A stretch of 64,000 nt of DNA, taken from a virus (taxonomy: Duplodnaviria; Caudoviricetes). Below are positions 8,405 through 17,552 of this stretch, piece after piece. Positions within the stretch are counted from its first letter, which is position 1. Every line of letters begins with the position of its first letter. Below the pieces are notes generated by a model. The model saw nothing but the letters and a program-made list of their open reading frames with translations. It did no database searches and was not told where the DNA came from. A program made the translations under genes and the position numbers. The DNA is taken from positions 64,001 to 128,000 of IMG/VR virus record IMGVR_UViG_3300028591_000070, one strand, 5' to 3'.

Positions 8405-9022
8405 ATGAATATGAATGGACAAAATAGTTCGACAAAAGTAACCTTACTTACAGGTGGTATGTTTAGTGGTAAAACCAGACGTTTAGTAGATGAATTAGAA
8501 AAGAGAATTTTGGCACACAAAAGTGTATTGTATGTACATCCTTTTAAGGACACACGAGAGAATAAATCTCATCAATCTTTCGTTTCTAAGCATTTGGATG
8601 AACTTATTAGTGATAAGTTGGTTGACATCATTGAAGTAAATGATATTTCAGAAGTAACCAAATTTTTATCTGAAACAGATATCAATTATTCATCTATTTT
8701 TATAGATGAGTACTTTATGATTAAGTTTCAAAATATTGAAGACTTTTTGAATAAAGCAAATGAATTAGAAATTCCAGATATCTATCTAGCAGGTCTTATT
8801 TCAGATGCAAATTGTAAATTGTTTAAGGAAGCAGAAAATGTTTTACCTTATGCAGATGAGATTGTTAAAGCAAATGCAGTTTGTATGGAATGTGGCGCTC
8901 CTGCAAATTATTCCCACTTTATTGGAAACCACTTCAAAAGCGATGATATTAATGTAGATAATGGTTCTTCATATCGTTGTCTTTGTTGGAAGTGTTACGC
9001 CAAAGCCACAAATAGAGTCTAA
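8405..9022 (+). CDS. tdk: thymidine kinase
   Basis: GGMFSGKT P-loop, DTR, IFIDE, C-terminal CxxC...YRCLCWKCY zinc site. Confidence 0.92.
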   Translation: MNMNGQNSSTKVTLLTGGMFSGKTRRLVDELEKRILAHKSVLYVHPFKDTRENKSHQSFVSKHLDELISDKLVDIIEVNDISEVTKFLSETDINYSSIFIDEYFMIKFQNIEDFLNKANELEIPDIYLAGLISDANCKLFKEAENVLPYADEIVKANAVCMECGAPANYSHFIGNHFKSDDINVDNGSSYRCLCWKCYAKATNRV

Positions 9023-9023
9023 T

Positions 9024-9069
9024 TTGAAAATCCTCTTATATTTTAGTATATTCTATATAAGAGGTAAAT
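9024..9069 (+). promoter_or_regulatory. sigma70-type promoter plus RBS
   Basis: TTGAAA-N17-TATATT-CTATATAAGAGGTAAAT-ATG. Confidence 0.8.
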
Positions 9070-10488
9070 ATGGACAAGCAGAAGATTATTAACGAAGTTC
9101 TCATCCCACTTGAAGATGCCGGTTTTAAAGCATATTTCGTTGGTGGATGTGTTCGCGATGAGCTTTTAGGAAAAGATCCACATGATTATGATGTAGTTAC
9201 TAATGCTCGTCCAGATGATATTCACAGAATTTTCCCAAAAATTATTGATATTAAGTCTGAATCATTTGGTATTGTTGTAATCAATATTGATGGCGAAAAC
9301 ATTGAAATTGCTACTTTCCGTAAAGATAGAGAATGTGATGGTCGTCATGCAGACGTTACTTATGCAGATACTATTGTTGAAGATGCAGAACGTAGAGATT
9401 TTACAATCAATGCTCTTTATCAGGATAAGTATGGCAATATTTATGACCCTACTGGTTTAGGTGAAAATGATATTCAGTATGGATTTATCCGCTTTATTGG
9501 TTCTATGTATGACCGCTGTAAAGAAGATAATCTTCGTATTTTGAGATATTTCAGATTTGCTGCTACTCTTACCCGAAAGGATGGTGGTTTCTTCACTTTT
9601 GCAGAAGATATTGAAGAGATTAAAAATCTTATTGATGACCCCACTTTTATTTTATCTTTTAATCATAGAGTTAGTGGTGAAAGAGTTGGTAAAGAATTAC
9701 GAAAACTTATTTCTGGAAAGAATGCACCAAAGATTATAAATCTTATGTCAAATATTTCTATGAAAATGTTTGATAAGATTTTTCCAAAAGAGTTTTATGA
9801 CTTAGAAAGTCAGCCTACTTATTCAAAGTATCATACAACATCTAATAATCTTGCTCATTCATTAATTGTATTCCATAAAATGTGTGAACTTACTGATAGC
9901 TTTGAATTACGCACTGCTGCACTTTTCCATGATGTTGGAAAATCTGTTTGTCAGGATGATGTTGGCCATGCTTTGGACCATGAAATTGCTTCAGTTGAAA
10001 TCTGTGAGCCTTTTTTGAAAGAAAATTGGAAACTTACAAATCATGAACTCAAGTCAATTATGCATTATATTCGTTACCACATGGATATGCATAAAATTTC
10101 AGAAACAAAGCATCCAGAAAAGATTTGGAAATTTATGTATTCTCATGGGTTTGATGGACTTTTGAAATTACTTGAAGCTGATTGTATTGATGTTCCAGGT
10201 GACTATAATGACTATACAAAATTGGTAAGTCACCCACTCTTCGAGTTCTTTAAGAAAATAGAATATCCTAGTGCTTTTACTGGTCCAGAATTGATGGAAT
10301 TTGTTTCTTCAGGTATATTCTTAGATAAAGGAATTGAAGCTGCAAATGCAGCTTTTGCTCGTGAGCTTATTAAAGCTTATAAGCATGGAGTTACTGGAAA
10401 GGTTATTTCTAAAAAAGCAATATTAAAACAGGCTGCTGAAAGAGTTATTCAGCTCCGTAAAAATGAAGAGGTAAAGAAAGATGCTTAA
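9070..10488 (+). CDS. cca: CCA-adding tRNA nucleotidyltransferase with HD domain
   Basis: VGGCVRD...DYD, EIATFR, RRDFTINA, EDNLRILR, ERV motifs; H...ALFHDVGK HD domain. Confidence 0.92.
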   Translation: MDKQKIINEVLIPLEDAGFKAYFVGGCVRDELLGKDPHDYDVVTNARPDDIHRIFPKIIDIKSESFGIVVINIDGENIEIATFRKDRECDGRHADVTYADTIVEDAERRDFTINALYQDKYGNIYDPTGLGENDIQYGFIRFIGSMYDRCKEDNLRILRYFRFAATLTRKDGGFFTFAEDIEEIKNLIDDPTFILSFNHRVSGERVGKELRKLISGKNAPKIINLMSNISMKMFDKIFPKEFYDLESQPTYSKYHTTSNNLAHSLIVFHKMCELTDSFELRTAALFHDVGKSVCQDDVGHALDHEIASVEICEPFLKENWKLTNHELKSIMHYIRYHMDMHKISETKHPEKIWKFMYSHGFDGLLKLLEADCIDVPGDYNDYTKLVSHPLFEFFKKIEYPSAFTGPELMEFVSSGIFLDKGIEAANAAFARELIKAYKHGVTGKVISKKAILKQAAERVIQLRKNEEVKKDA

Positions 10489-11497
10489 AGTACTTGCAAC
10501 TTACAAGAATGGAAATCACAGAGTAATTATTGGTGATGATGGTACAAAGATTAAAGAAACATTCAATCCTGATGCCGACCATTTTACTTATGACTTCCCT
10601 GAAAACTTTGATATTCATATCAATAATCGCTGCAATGCAGGCTGTCCTTATTGTCATGAAGGTTCAACAAAAGATGGTGAAGTTCCATCTCTTATAGAGA
10701 TGATTTTCAAGAATAACAATTTTTCTACTGAAAAGAAAGATGGAAGACTTTATTACACTGGAGAAATGACTCCATTTTATAAGTCCCTTCATGCCGGCAC
10801 AGAGATGGCAATTGGTGGTGGTAACATTTTTGAGTCTAAGCCAGAAGAATTTGAAATCTTCCTTGCTGTAAATAAGGCAAAACATATTCTCTCAAATATT
10901 ACTATCAATCAAATCCATATTAAGCCAAACTTTGAAAAAATTAAAAAATGGGTTGATAATGGACTTGTACATGGCATTGGCATTTCTCTTGTAAACTCAA
11001 AAGATGAAGAGTTCTGGAAATGTATTGATCAGCTTGGAGAAAATGTTGTTATCCACACAATTGCAGGTATTTTGACTGAGAAAGATTTGCCATATCTTAA
11101 AGACCGTAAAGTTCTTATTCTCGGCTATAAACATCTTCGCCGTGGAAATGATTATTTCTCAGATGCTATTCAGAAGAATATTGATTGGTTGAAGGACAAC
11201 ATGAAAACAGTTTCTGAAACCGTTAAACTTATGTCTTTTGACTGTCTTGGAATTGAACAGCTTGAGCCTAAGGAAGTTTTGAACATCACAGATGACGAAT
11301 GGAATACTTTGTTCCAGGGTTCTGATACAGATGTAAAGGATGCTGATGGAAATGTTACATGTTCAACAATGTATATCGACCTTGTTGGTGGACCAAAGTG
11401 TGCTCGTATGTCAACTGCTGGTTTGGATAAGCGTTATCCTTTCAGCTATGATGAGCCAATTGAAGAAGTTTTCAAGCGTTCAACAAAAGACTGGTAA
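10481..11497 (+). CDS. radical SAM protein
   Basis: CNAGCPYCHE (CxxxCxxC) motif and AIGGGN glycine motif; overlaps the cca stop. Confidence 0.9.
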   Translation: MLKVLATYKNGNHRVIIGDDGTKIKETFNPDADHFTYDFPENFDIHINNRCNAGCPYCHEGSTKDGEVPSLIEMIFKNNNFSTEKKDGRLYYTGEMTPFYKSLHAGTEMAIGGGNIFESKPEEFEIFLAVNKAKHILSNITINQIHIKPNFEKIKKWVDNGLVHGIGISLVNSKDEEFWKCIDQLGENVVIHTIAGILTEKDLPYLKDRKVLILGYKHLRRGNDYFSDAIQKNIDWLKDNMKTVSETVKLMSFDCLGIEQLEPKEVLNITDDEWNTLFQGSDTDVKDADGNVTCSTMYIDLVGGPKCARMSTAGLDKRYPFSYDEPIEEVFKRSTKDW

Positions 11498-11545
11498 TTG
11501 ATTTTTCTGGCAAAATTTTGTATAATCTTATATAAGAGGTAATAT
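11498..11545 (+). promoter_or_regulatory. sigma70-type promoter plus RBS
   Basis: TTGATT-N17-TATAAT-CTTATATAAGAGGTAATAT-ATG. Confidence 0.8.
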
Positions 11546-12112
11546 ATGGATATTAGTGAAATTGATTTGCTTAGAAAATTTATAGAAGAAAAAAATCTTT
11601 CAAGTTTGTATCAAGAATGGCGCAAATCATTTGTTAAAAATTATGAAAATGTATCCGTAAAATTCTATTGTTTACATGGCAAATATGAATTTGAAATTAC
11701 AATTGCCAGAAAACAATTACCTTATTTCGTTGAATGGTCTGAGGAAATTGAGTCAGATTATCCTTTTAAGTCTCGTCTTGAAGTAGAATGGGAAAATGGA
11801 AAGGCTACCTACGAAAGATGGTCTGAAGTTTTCTTGACTGGTAAAGATGTTAAAGCAATTTTCTCAGCTATTGACCATAGTAAAGGAGAGAATGGTTCGA
11901 TTGCTATCTCTAATGGCTCAGTTGAATGGGAATGGACAGAATCTGATTATGGAGTTATTAGCGAATATACTAATGTGTCAGACTCCAAAGATGATGACTC
12001 AGAAATCTGTGGCAATGATTTTGTGCAAGAATGTCAAGATTGGGCATATATTACTAAGAGAAAAGACCCAAACTATAATGATGCTTATATTTGGAATATC
12101 GAGGATAAATAA
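11546..12112 (+). CDS. hypothetical protein (acidic)
   Basis: 188-aa ORF after promoter. Confidence 0.8.
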   Translation: MDISEIDLLRKFIEEKNLSSLYQEWRKSFVKNYENVSVKFYCLHGKYEFEITIARKQLPYFVEWSEEIESDYPFKSRLEVEWENGKATYERWSEVFLTGKDVKAIFSAIDHSKGENGSIAISNGSVEWEWTESDYGVISEYTNVSDSKDDDSEICGNDFVQECQDWAYITKRKDPNYNDAYIWNIEDK

Positions 12113-12393
12113 TGGAAGACAATGACTTTACTCCAATCGAAAAAGATATAATTAACTCCCTTAAGGCAGGTATCTCAACTAAAGAAGACCTTGAACGAGG
12201 TGTAGCTTATTATACAATGCTCTTTGAGCCAGTTTTACTTTCTGCAGAAAAAGCAGTGAAGCAATATACAAAAGTAATGAAAGAAGCAGCTGGTGATGGA
12301 GACTTAACAGAAGATATGATTGCTTACCAAGTAATTGGTCTTCTACAAGACGCTCTAGTTGATAGAATTATTAAAGGATCAAAGAATGGGTAG
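12112..12393 (+). CDS. hypothetical protein
   Basis: 93 aa, TAATG coupling. Confidence 0.75.
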   Translation: MEDNDFTPIEKDIINSLKAGISTKEDLERGVAYYTMLFEPVLLSAEKAVKQYTKVMKEAAGDGDLTEDMIAYQVIGLLQDALVDRIIKGSKNG

Positions 12394-12553
12394 GCTGGTA
12401 AGAATTCCAAGTTCTATTTGGATAAAAATGACAAAAGAACAGAAAGAACAGTATTATAAGCAACAGAGAAAAGAAAATATTCTTGTTGGTATTATTGTAA
12501 GCATTACGCTTATTGTGTCATTTACACTTTTATTTTTATGGGGGTTGAAATGA
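12386..12553 (+). CDS. small membrane protein
   Basis: start moved to ATG 12386 (AAGGA upstream); C-terminal TM helix. Confidence 0.65.
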   Translation: MGRLVRIPSSIWIKMTKEQKEQYYKQQRKENILVGIIVSITLIVSFTLLFLWGLK

Positions 12554-13191
12554 AAACAATTAGACCAGGAACATTTGAAACAAATTCTTCAAGCTGTCAC
12601 ACAATTACCCTTAAAGCAACTAAGAAACAGATTGATGAATTCAATGAAGGAAAGAGATGGTATTTTTATAACAGTAATCTTGGATGGAATGACCCTAAAA
12701 GAGAAGCTTTCTTGAATTTTGATGAGCTTTTTGAAGTATTAAATGATGCTGTAAAAAATACAGATGTTGTTGAAAAGACTTATTGCCATGACTATTGCTC
12801 AAGATTCAGCAATTTTGGAATTGATATTTGTGACCTTCCATGGTGGAAGGATGATGAAGTAACCAATAAAGATTATGACAGATTTAAAAAATATTTTGTT
12901 GACAATTTTGATAAGGATATGTTCAGATTTGCTATGGATGATGAATATGATAATCCTAAATATTTTTCAAAAATAATTCTTCGCTCTTTTATTTATTACA
13001 TTTTTGAAGAGTTGGGCTGCCCTATTATGAAGATTGAAAATCTCAGAAATACTTATTCAGAATGTTGCGATAATTCTCAAGTTTTTTGGACTACTTATGG
13101 CAGTAGAAAAACTGATAAGCTCGAGTTTTATAGTGATGGTTGGGCAGACGACCAGCTTATTGAAGTTAATATTGATATGAGAGATAATTAA
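12550..13191 (+). CDS. FETNSSS-motif protein, array member 1
   Basis: MKTIRPGTFETNSSSCH; start moved to 12550 (ATGA overlap). Confidence 0.85.
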   Translation: MKTIRPGTFETNSSSCHTITLKATKKQIDEFNEGKRWYFYNSNLGWNDPKREAFLNFDELFEVLNDAVKNTDVVEKTYCHDYCSRFSNFGIDICDLPWWKDDEVTNKDYDRFKKYFVDNFDKDMFRFAMDDEYDNPKYFSKIILRSFIYYIFEELGCPIMKIENLRNTYSECCDNSQVFWTTYGSRKTDKLEFYSDGWADDQLIEVNIDMRDN

Positions 13192-13194
13192 CTT

Positions 13195-13605
13195 ATGAAT
13201 ACAATTAGATATGATACTTTTGAAACAAATTCCTCAGCTTGTCATGTTTTAACTCTTATAAAAAAAGAAGAGTTACAAAAGATGTTTGAAGACCAATATG
13301 ATTCAGTAATTCATTTTCCAGACACAGGTGAATATCAAACTGATAATAAGTATGAAATAATGTCTTTAAAAGAAGCTTGGAAACTTTGGGAAAGTCATGT
13401 TGATGAATACAATGAACGATATAAGAATATCGATTTCCATGTTGACCATTATGAAAATGAATATAAATTCAAATCGGCTTTGGATAAAGGAGAACTTTCA
13501 CAAGATGAATTGTTTGGAAAGTTTATGAATTATTCACAATTAATGACTTATATTCCTCCATCACAAGATGCTAATGTAGATATTATGTGGTGGAATTATG
13601 ACTAA
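13195..13605 (+). CDS. FETNSSS-motif protein, array member 2
   Basis: MNTIRYDTFETNSSACH. Confidence 0.85.
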   Translation: MNTIRYDTFETNSSACHVLTLIKKEELQKMFEDQYDSVIHFPDTGEYQTDNKYEIMSLKEAWKLWESHVDEYNERYKNIDFHVDHYENEYKFKSALDKGELSQDELFGKFMNYSQLMTYIPPSQDANVDIMWWNYD

Positions 13606-13619
13606 AAGGAGAAGAAAAT

Positions 13620-14078
13620 ATGAAAACTATTAGATATGGTACCTTTGAGACAAACTCATCAAGTGAGCATTCAGTGTCTCTTTACAATGCAGATGAGATT
13701 AAAGATTTTAAAGAAGGTAGAAAATACTATGATACTTATTATGGATTTCGTTCAATTAAAAATTGGGAAGAAGATCTTAAAAAAACAAAGTATAACATAA
13801 CAGATGAGCAGCTTAAATTGATGTTTGATTGGCTTATTTCTTTTATTAAAGAGAATAAAGATGTAAGCGGTTATGAATTTGATGACTTTGAAGATGAATT
13901 TGATGAGTCATTTACTGAAGATATGATTGCTTTTATCAAAGAGATTATGGTTGACTCAGGTCGTCTCTGGATTTGGGATAACTGGGGATATGGTTATAGT
14001 GAGTCTGACATCGACCAAATTACAACACCTCATGGTGACGTAGTTTATGCTTTGTCATATTCTGGATATTGCGATTAA
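13620..14078 (+). CDS. FETNSSS-motif protein, array member 3
   Basis: MKTIRYGTFETNSSSEH; AAGGAG RBS. Confidence 0.85.
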   Translation: MKTIRYGTFETNSSSEHSVSLYNADEIKDFKEGRKYYDTYYGFRSIKNWEEDLKKTKYNITDEQLKLMFDWLISFIKENKDVSGYEFDDFEDEFDESFTEDMIAFIKEIMVDSGRLWIWDNWGYGYSESDIDQITTPHGDVVYALSYSGYCD

Positions 14079-14090
14079 AAAGGAGATTTT

Positions 14091-14576
14091 ATGAAAACTA
14101 TTCGATTAAATACTTTTGAGACAAATAGTTCATCTTGTCACTGCCTTGTAATTTGTGGTCAGAATAAGCTGAAAGAATTCAGAGAGCGCAAAGTTATTGC
14201 TTTGTCAGATGTAAGAGTTGATAGTGACTATGATGTAAGAGAAATCACCATTCCTGATGACTACTTTGTTTCTATTGAAGATGCTTTTAATAAGGTTATT
14301 GAGTATCGTGAAGCTAACAAAGATAGCGACAAATGGTCTGTAAAGCAGATTTTGAAATTGGAAAACTTTGATTTTGATAAATTCAAAGCCATCATTTTTG
14401 ATGAAGATGATGACATGGAATCTTATGACATGCTAGATGTTTTGGAAGATGCATTCAATGTGCCTGAAGTATTTATTTCTGGAAGCTATAAATCACCTTT
14501 GGATGCTCATGAAATAACCACACCAAAAGGTATTGAAGGTCCTATTTCAATTATCTCAACTGAAGTGGAGTGCTAA
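14091..14576 (+). CDS. FETNSSS-motif protein, array member 4
   Basis: MKTIRLNTFETNSSSCH; AAGGAG RBS. Confidence 0.85.
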   Translation: MKTIRLNTFETNSSSCHCLVICGQNKLKEFRERKVIALSDVRVDSDYDVREITIPDDYFVSIEDAFNKVIEYREANKDSDKWSVKQILKLENFDFDKFKAIIFDEDDDMESYDMLDVLEDAFNVPEVFISGSYKSPLDAHEITTPKGIEGPISIISTEVEC

Positions 14577-14578
14577 AT

Positions 14579-15097
14579 ATGAAAACAGTAAGATTTGGAA
14601 CATTCGAGACAAACAGTTCATCAGCTCATGTTGCTACCATTTGTGGTCAGAAAAAGTTGGAAGAATATAAAGCTCATAAGGCAATTTGTGTTTTTGATTT
14701 CTTTTACAGTGATGAAGAGAGTGGTGAAGTAAATGTTGTGCCTGATAAAGCTTTTAAATCATTTGAAGAAGTTTTAAGTGATATTAAAAAATGGTATGAA
14801 AATCCAGACATTGAAGATGGCAAAGATGAAAGTTATATGGAAATAGCCAAAAAGCTTCTTGATGGTGGATTTACTGCTAAAGACCTTGAAAATTGTCTTG
14901 TAAATGAAGGTTCATTTGGTGATATTGACAATTGGGAAATTCAAGAGCTTCTTGAAGAAGATGTTTATGAAGGAACTCGCATCCATGTATATGATCCTGA
15001 AGGAGAGAGTGAGCCTTTTTCAGCAGAAGAAAGCTTAGTTGGTTTAGCCGAAATTGAAGGTCCTATTGTATCAGTTTGCTCTGAGGTATGTTGCTAA
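14579..15097 (+). CDS. FETNSSS-motif protein, array member 5
   Basis: MKTVRFGTFETNSSSAH; start moved to 14579. Confidence 0.85.
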   Translation: MKTVRFGTFETNSSSAHVATICGQKKLEEYKAHKAICVFDFFYSDEESGEVNVVPDKAFKSFEEVLSDIKKWYENPDIEDGKDESYMEIAKKLLDGGFTAKDLENCLVNEGSFGDIDNWEIQELLEEDVYEGTRIHVYDPEGESEPFSAEESLVGLAEIEGPIVSVCSEVCC

Positions 15098-15098
15098 T

Positions 15099-15692
15099 AT
15101 GAAAACAATAAGAAGAAATACTTTTGAAACAAATAGCTCAAGTTGTCACTGTGTTACTATCATGAAACCTTCTGTTTATGAAGCTGTAAAAGAACAAAAT
15201 TCAGTAGTACACAATGTTTTTAATCATGTTGAAGAATATAGCGAAACTTCTGCAACTATCCACAGTTATGACTTGATTCCTATTAGCGAACTACATGAAG
15301 AATTTCTTCTTGAATATCCTAAGTGTGCTAATATTGAATATTTTAAGGATAACATGGAGTCATATTTTGAAGGAATGTGGGAAGCTTTTGAATCTCTTAT
15401 TCAAGATATCAATTTCTTTAAGAAACTGGTTTTCTTTGAAGAGAAAAAACCTACATTTAAGCTGTCAGAAGTTTATGATGGAAAAATCACCAGAGTTGAC
15501 TCTGAAGAAGATGATTTCAATAAAACTCACACTCCTGAGTGGATTATGGCCTGGATTTTTAGAGCAATTTGTTGTGACAGTAATATAAACTTTTTATCTT
15601 TTAATTTGGATTTTGAGGATGAAAATCTCTCTATTGAAGATTTTGAAAAAGAGGATGGAGTTTATAAAGCCGAGCATGATATTAGTTGCTAA
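15099..15692 (+). CDS. FETNSSS-motif protein, array member 6
   Basis: MKTIRRNTFETNSSSCH; start moved to 15099. Confidence 0.85.
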   Translation: MKTIRRNTFETNSSSCHCVTIMKPSVYEAVKEQNSVVHNVFNHVEEYSETSATIHSYDLIPISELHEEFLLEYPKCANIEYFKDNMESYFEGMWEAFESLIQDINFFKKLVFFEEKKPTFKLSEVYDGKITRVDSEEDDFNKTHTPEWIMAWIFRAICCDSNINFLSFNLDFEDENLSIEDFEKEDGVYKAEHDISC

Positions 15693-15701
15693 GGAGAAAA
15701 A

Positions 15702-16394
15702 ATGAGAACAGTTCGTAGAAATGTATTTGAAACAAACTCATCATCAGTTCACTGTGTAACAATTCTTTCTGATAAAGAATACCAAAATATTAAGAATGGT
15801 AAAGCAGTTCTCGATTACCATGATTATGTGGAAATAACACCACAGTTTATTCGAGAAAAAATTGCAGAAGATAAAAAATATTCTGAGTCTTCAATTGAAG
15901 AATATGAAAAGAACATTAAAAAGTTTGAAAAGCTTATTGATGTAGATACTGGTGACTGGTCTAAAGAAGATAAGAGAACTATTGTTGGATGGACTTGGGA
16001 ACGTCTTTCAGGTTCCGAACTTAAGATTAAGCTTCGTGAATATCTTGAACGAGCTAAAGAACGCATTCAAGAAAATAAAGATTCCATAACAGAAGCAGAC
16101 TCTCTTGATCCTGAAAAGATGGTAAAACTTCTTGAAAGAATGATTCCAGATCTTGAAAGACTCAAGGAAGAATATAATGATTATGATGATGATGAAGAAG
16201 ACGACGATGAAGATATTCTTTCTGCCGATGACTATGGATGCTCTGAAGAAGAGTTTAATTGGGCTGTTGAGTTCTTAAATGATAAAGATAATATCGATAC
16301 TTACGGTAGTGAATATGATGAATCTAGCTATGATTCGCGCACTATTGATGGTGTAACTGTTCATGTACTCTCATATTCAGGACGCGATGGCTGA
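15702..16394 (+). CDS. FETNSSS-motif protein, array member 7
   Basis: MRTVRRNVFETNSSSVH; AAGGAG RBS. Confidence 0.85.
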   Translation: MRTVRRNVFETNSSSVHCVTILSDKEYQNIKNGKAVLDYHDYVEITPQFIREKIAEDKKYSESSIEEYEKNIKKFEKLIDVDTGDWSKEDKRTIVGWTWERLSGSELKIKLREYLERAKERIQENKDSITEADSLDPEKMVKLLERMIPDLERLKEEYNDYDDDEEDDDEDILSADDYGCSEEEFNWAVEFLNDKDNIDTYGSEYDESSYDSRTIDGVTVHVLSYSGRDG

Positions 16395-16563
16395 TGCTAA
16401 GGTTTCAGTAGTATATATTACTTACTTTCCTCGAGGATCAAAATTCGCTGCCATAAAAATCTGTACTCTTGAAGAAGTTTCTAAAATAGAACATAATTTT
16501 AGCCTCTCTACTGAAGAGGCTATAGCTTATATTAAAATGAAATGTGAAATTGGAACATTATGA
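16387..16563 (+). CDS. small hypothetical protein
   Basis: MADAKVSVVY...; overlaps both neighbours. Confidence 0.6.
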   Translation: MADAKVSVVYITYFPRGSKFAAIKICTLEEVSKIEHNFSLSTEEAIAYIKMKCEIGTL

Positions 16564-16892
16564 ATTATACTGAAACTGAAACATCTCGTATGCTTAAAAA
16601 ATGTAATGATATTCTCTATGAAACTACACATAAGTTTTTTAAGGCTAAAAATGCGAATGTTAGAAATAGTCTCCAAAAAACTTTAAGTTTTATAAATAAG
16701 GCTATTGATGAATATGCTCTTAAAAGAGAAGAAGAGATTGCAGAAGAAAGAGCTCAACCTGTTACATTACCTGGCGGTCAAATTATAACAAAGGGCAGGT
16801 TTATTGATGTTCAGCGAATGTATGAGTTGGATGATGAAGAAACTGCAAATTACATCATGATGAAATGGCCCTTTGGAAGTGGAAGGTGTTAA
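16560..16892 (+). CDS. hypothetical protein
   Basis: 110 aa, ATGA coupling. Confidence 0.75.
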   Translation: MNYTETETSRMLKKCNDILYETTHKFFKAKNANVRNSLQKTLSFINKAIDEYALKREEEIAEERAQPVTLPGGQIITKGRFIDVQRMYELDDEETANYIMMKWPFGSGRC

Positions 16893-16921
16893 TATTTTCT
16901 TTGTAGAAGGAGATTTAACAC

Positions 16922-17509
16922 ATGATTTGTCCTAATGGTACAACTCCAGTCTCAAGACTCCGTGATATGGTTTATTCAAAAGAGTATGAAGTTTGGTTTG
17001 AACCAAATGACCAGCCTGAGGATTGGGATTGGAAAACTCAAGGTTTTTACCACTCGCCTCATAGAATAAAAATCACAACACAAGCAGATTTAATCGAGTC
17101 TATCAATAAAGAATATAATGGCGAAGGTCATATTATTTATGATATTACTAAAACCTATTATGCTAATCATCCATATGAAGGTGAAGAAGTTAAACATATA
17201 GAAGAAACTTTTGTATGGCAGTATACTTCTCTTTTTGGTAGAAAGCTTTCATATAAAGTTTGTCCATGCTCTTATTTAGGAGAGCCACCTAAGCATATTC
17301 CACTAGAAATTGTTTGTTATGAAGATGGATTTAATGGACCATGTTTTCAGATAGCTTCTTGGGAAAGAGATAGCGAAGGTTATGAATTCCATTCTTGTGG
17401 AAGTCGCCTTTGGGATTATGTTGAAGAAGAAGATATTCCAAGATTTTGGAACTTAATTAAAGAAGTTGATGAATTTTTAGCTAAAAAATTTAAGCAAGAA
17501 AATGACTAA
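16922..17509 (+). CDS. hypothetical protein
   Basis: 195 aa, AAGGAG RBS. Confidence 0.8.
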   Translation: MICPNGTTPVSRLRDMVYSKEYEVWFEPNDQPEDWDWKTQGFYHSPHRIKITTQADLIESINKEYNGEGHIIYDITKTYYANHPYEGEEVKHIEETFVWQYTSLFGRKLSYKVCPCSYLGEPPKHIPLEIVCYEDGFNGPCFQIASWERDSEGYEFHSCGSRLWDYVEEEDIPRFWNLIKEVDEFLAKKFKQEND

Positions 17510-17552
17510 AATCTAAAAGTTTGGTATATTCTTATATAGAGGTAACAATTTT
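17502..17552 (+). promoter_or_regulatory. sigma70-type promoter plus RBS
   Basis: ATGACT-N17-TATATT-CTTATATAGAGGT. Confidence 0.65.

Noticed and set aside
12550-16394. FETNSSS array as CRISPR, DGR or DNA-level repeat cassette
   Set aside because: Repeats are in-frame coding with synonymous variation (TCN/AGY), spacing is 400-650 nt, and no cas, reverse transcriptase or integrase gene is seen
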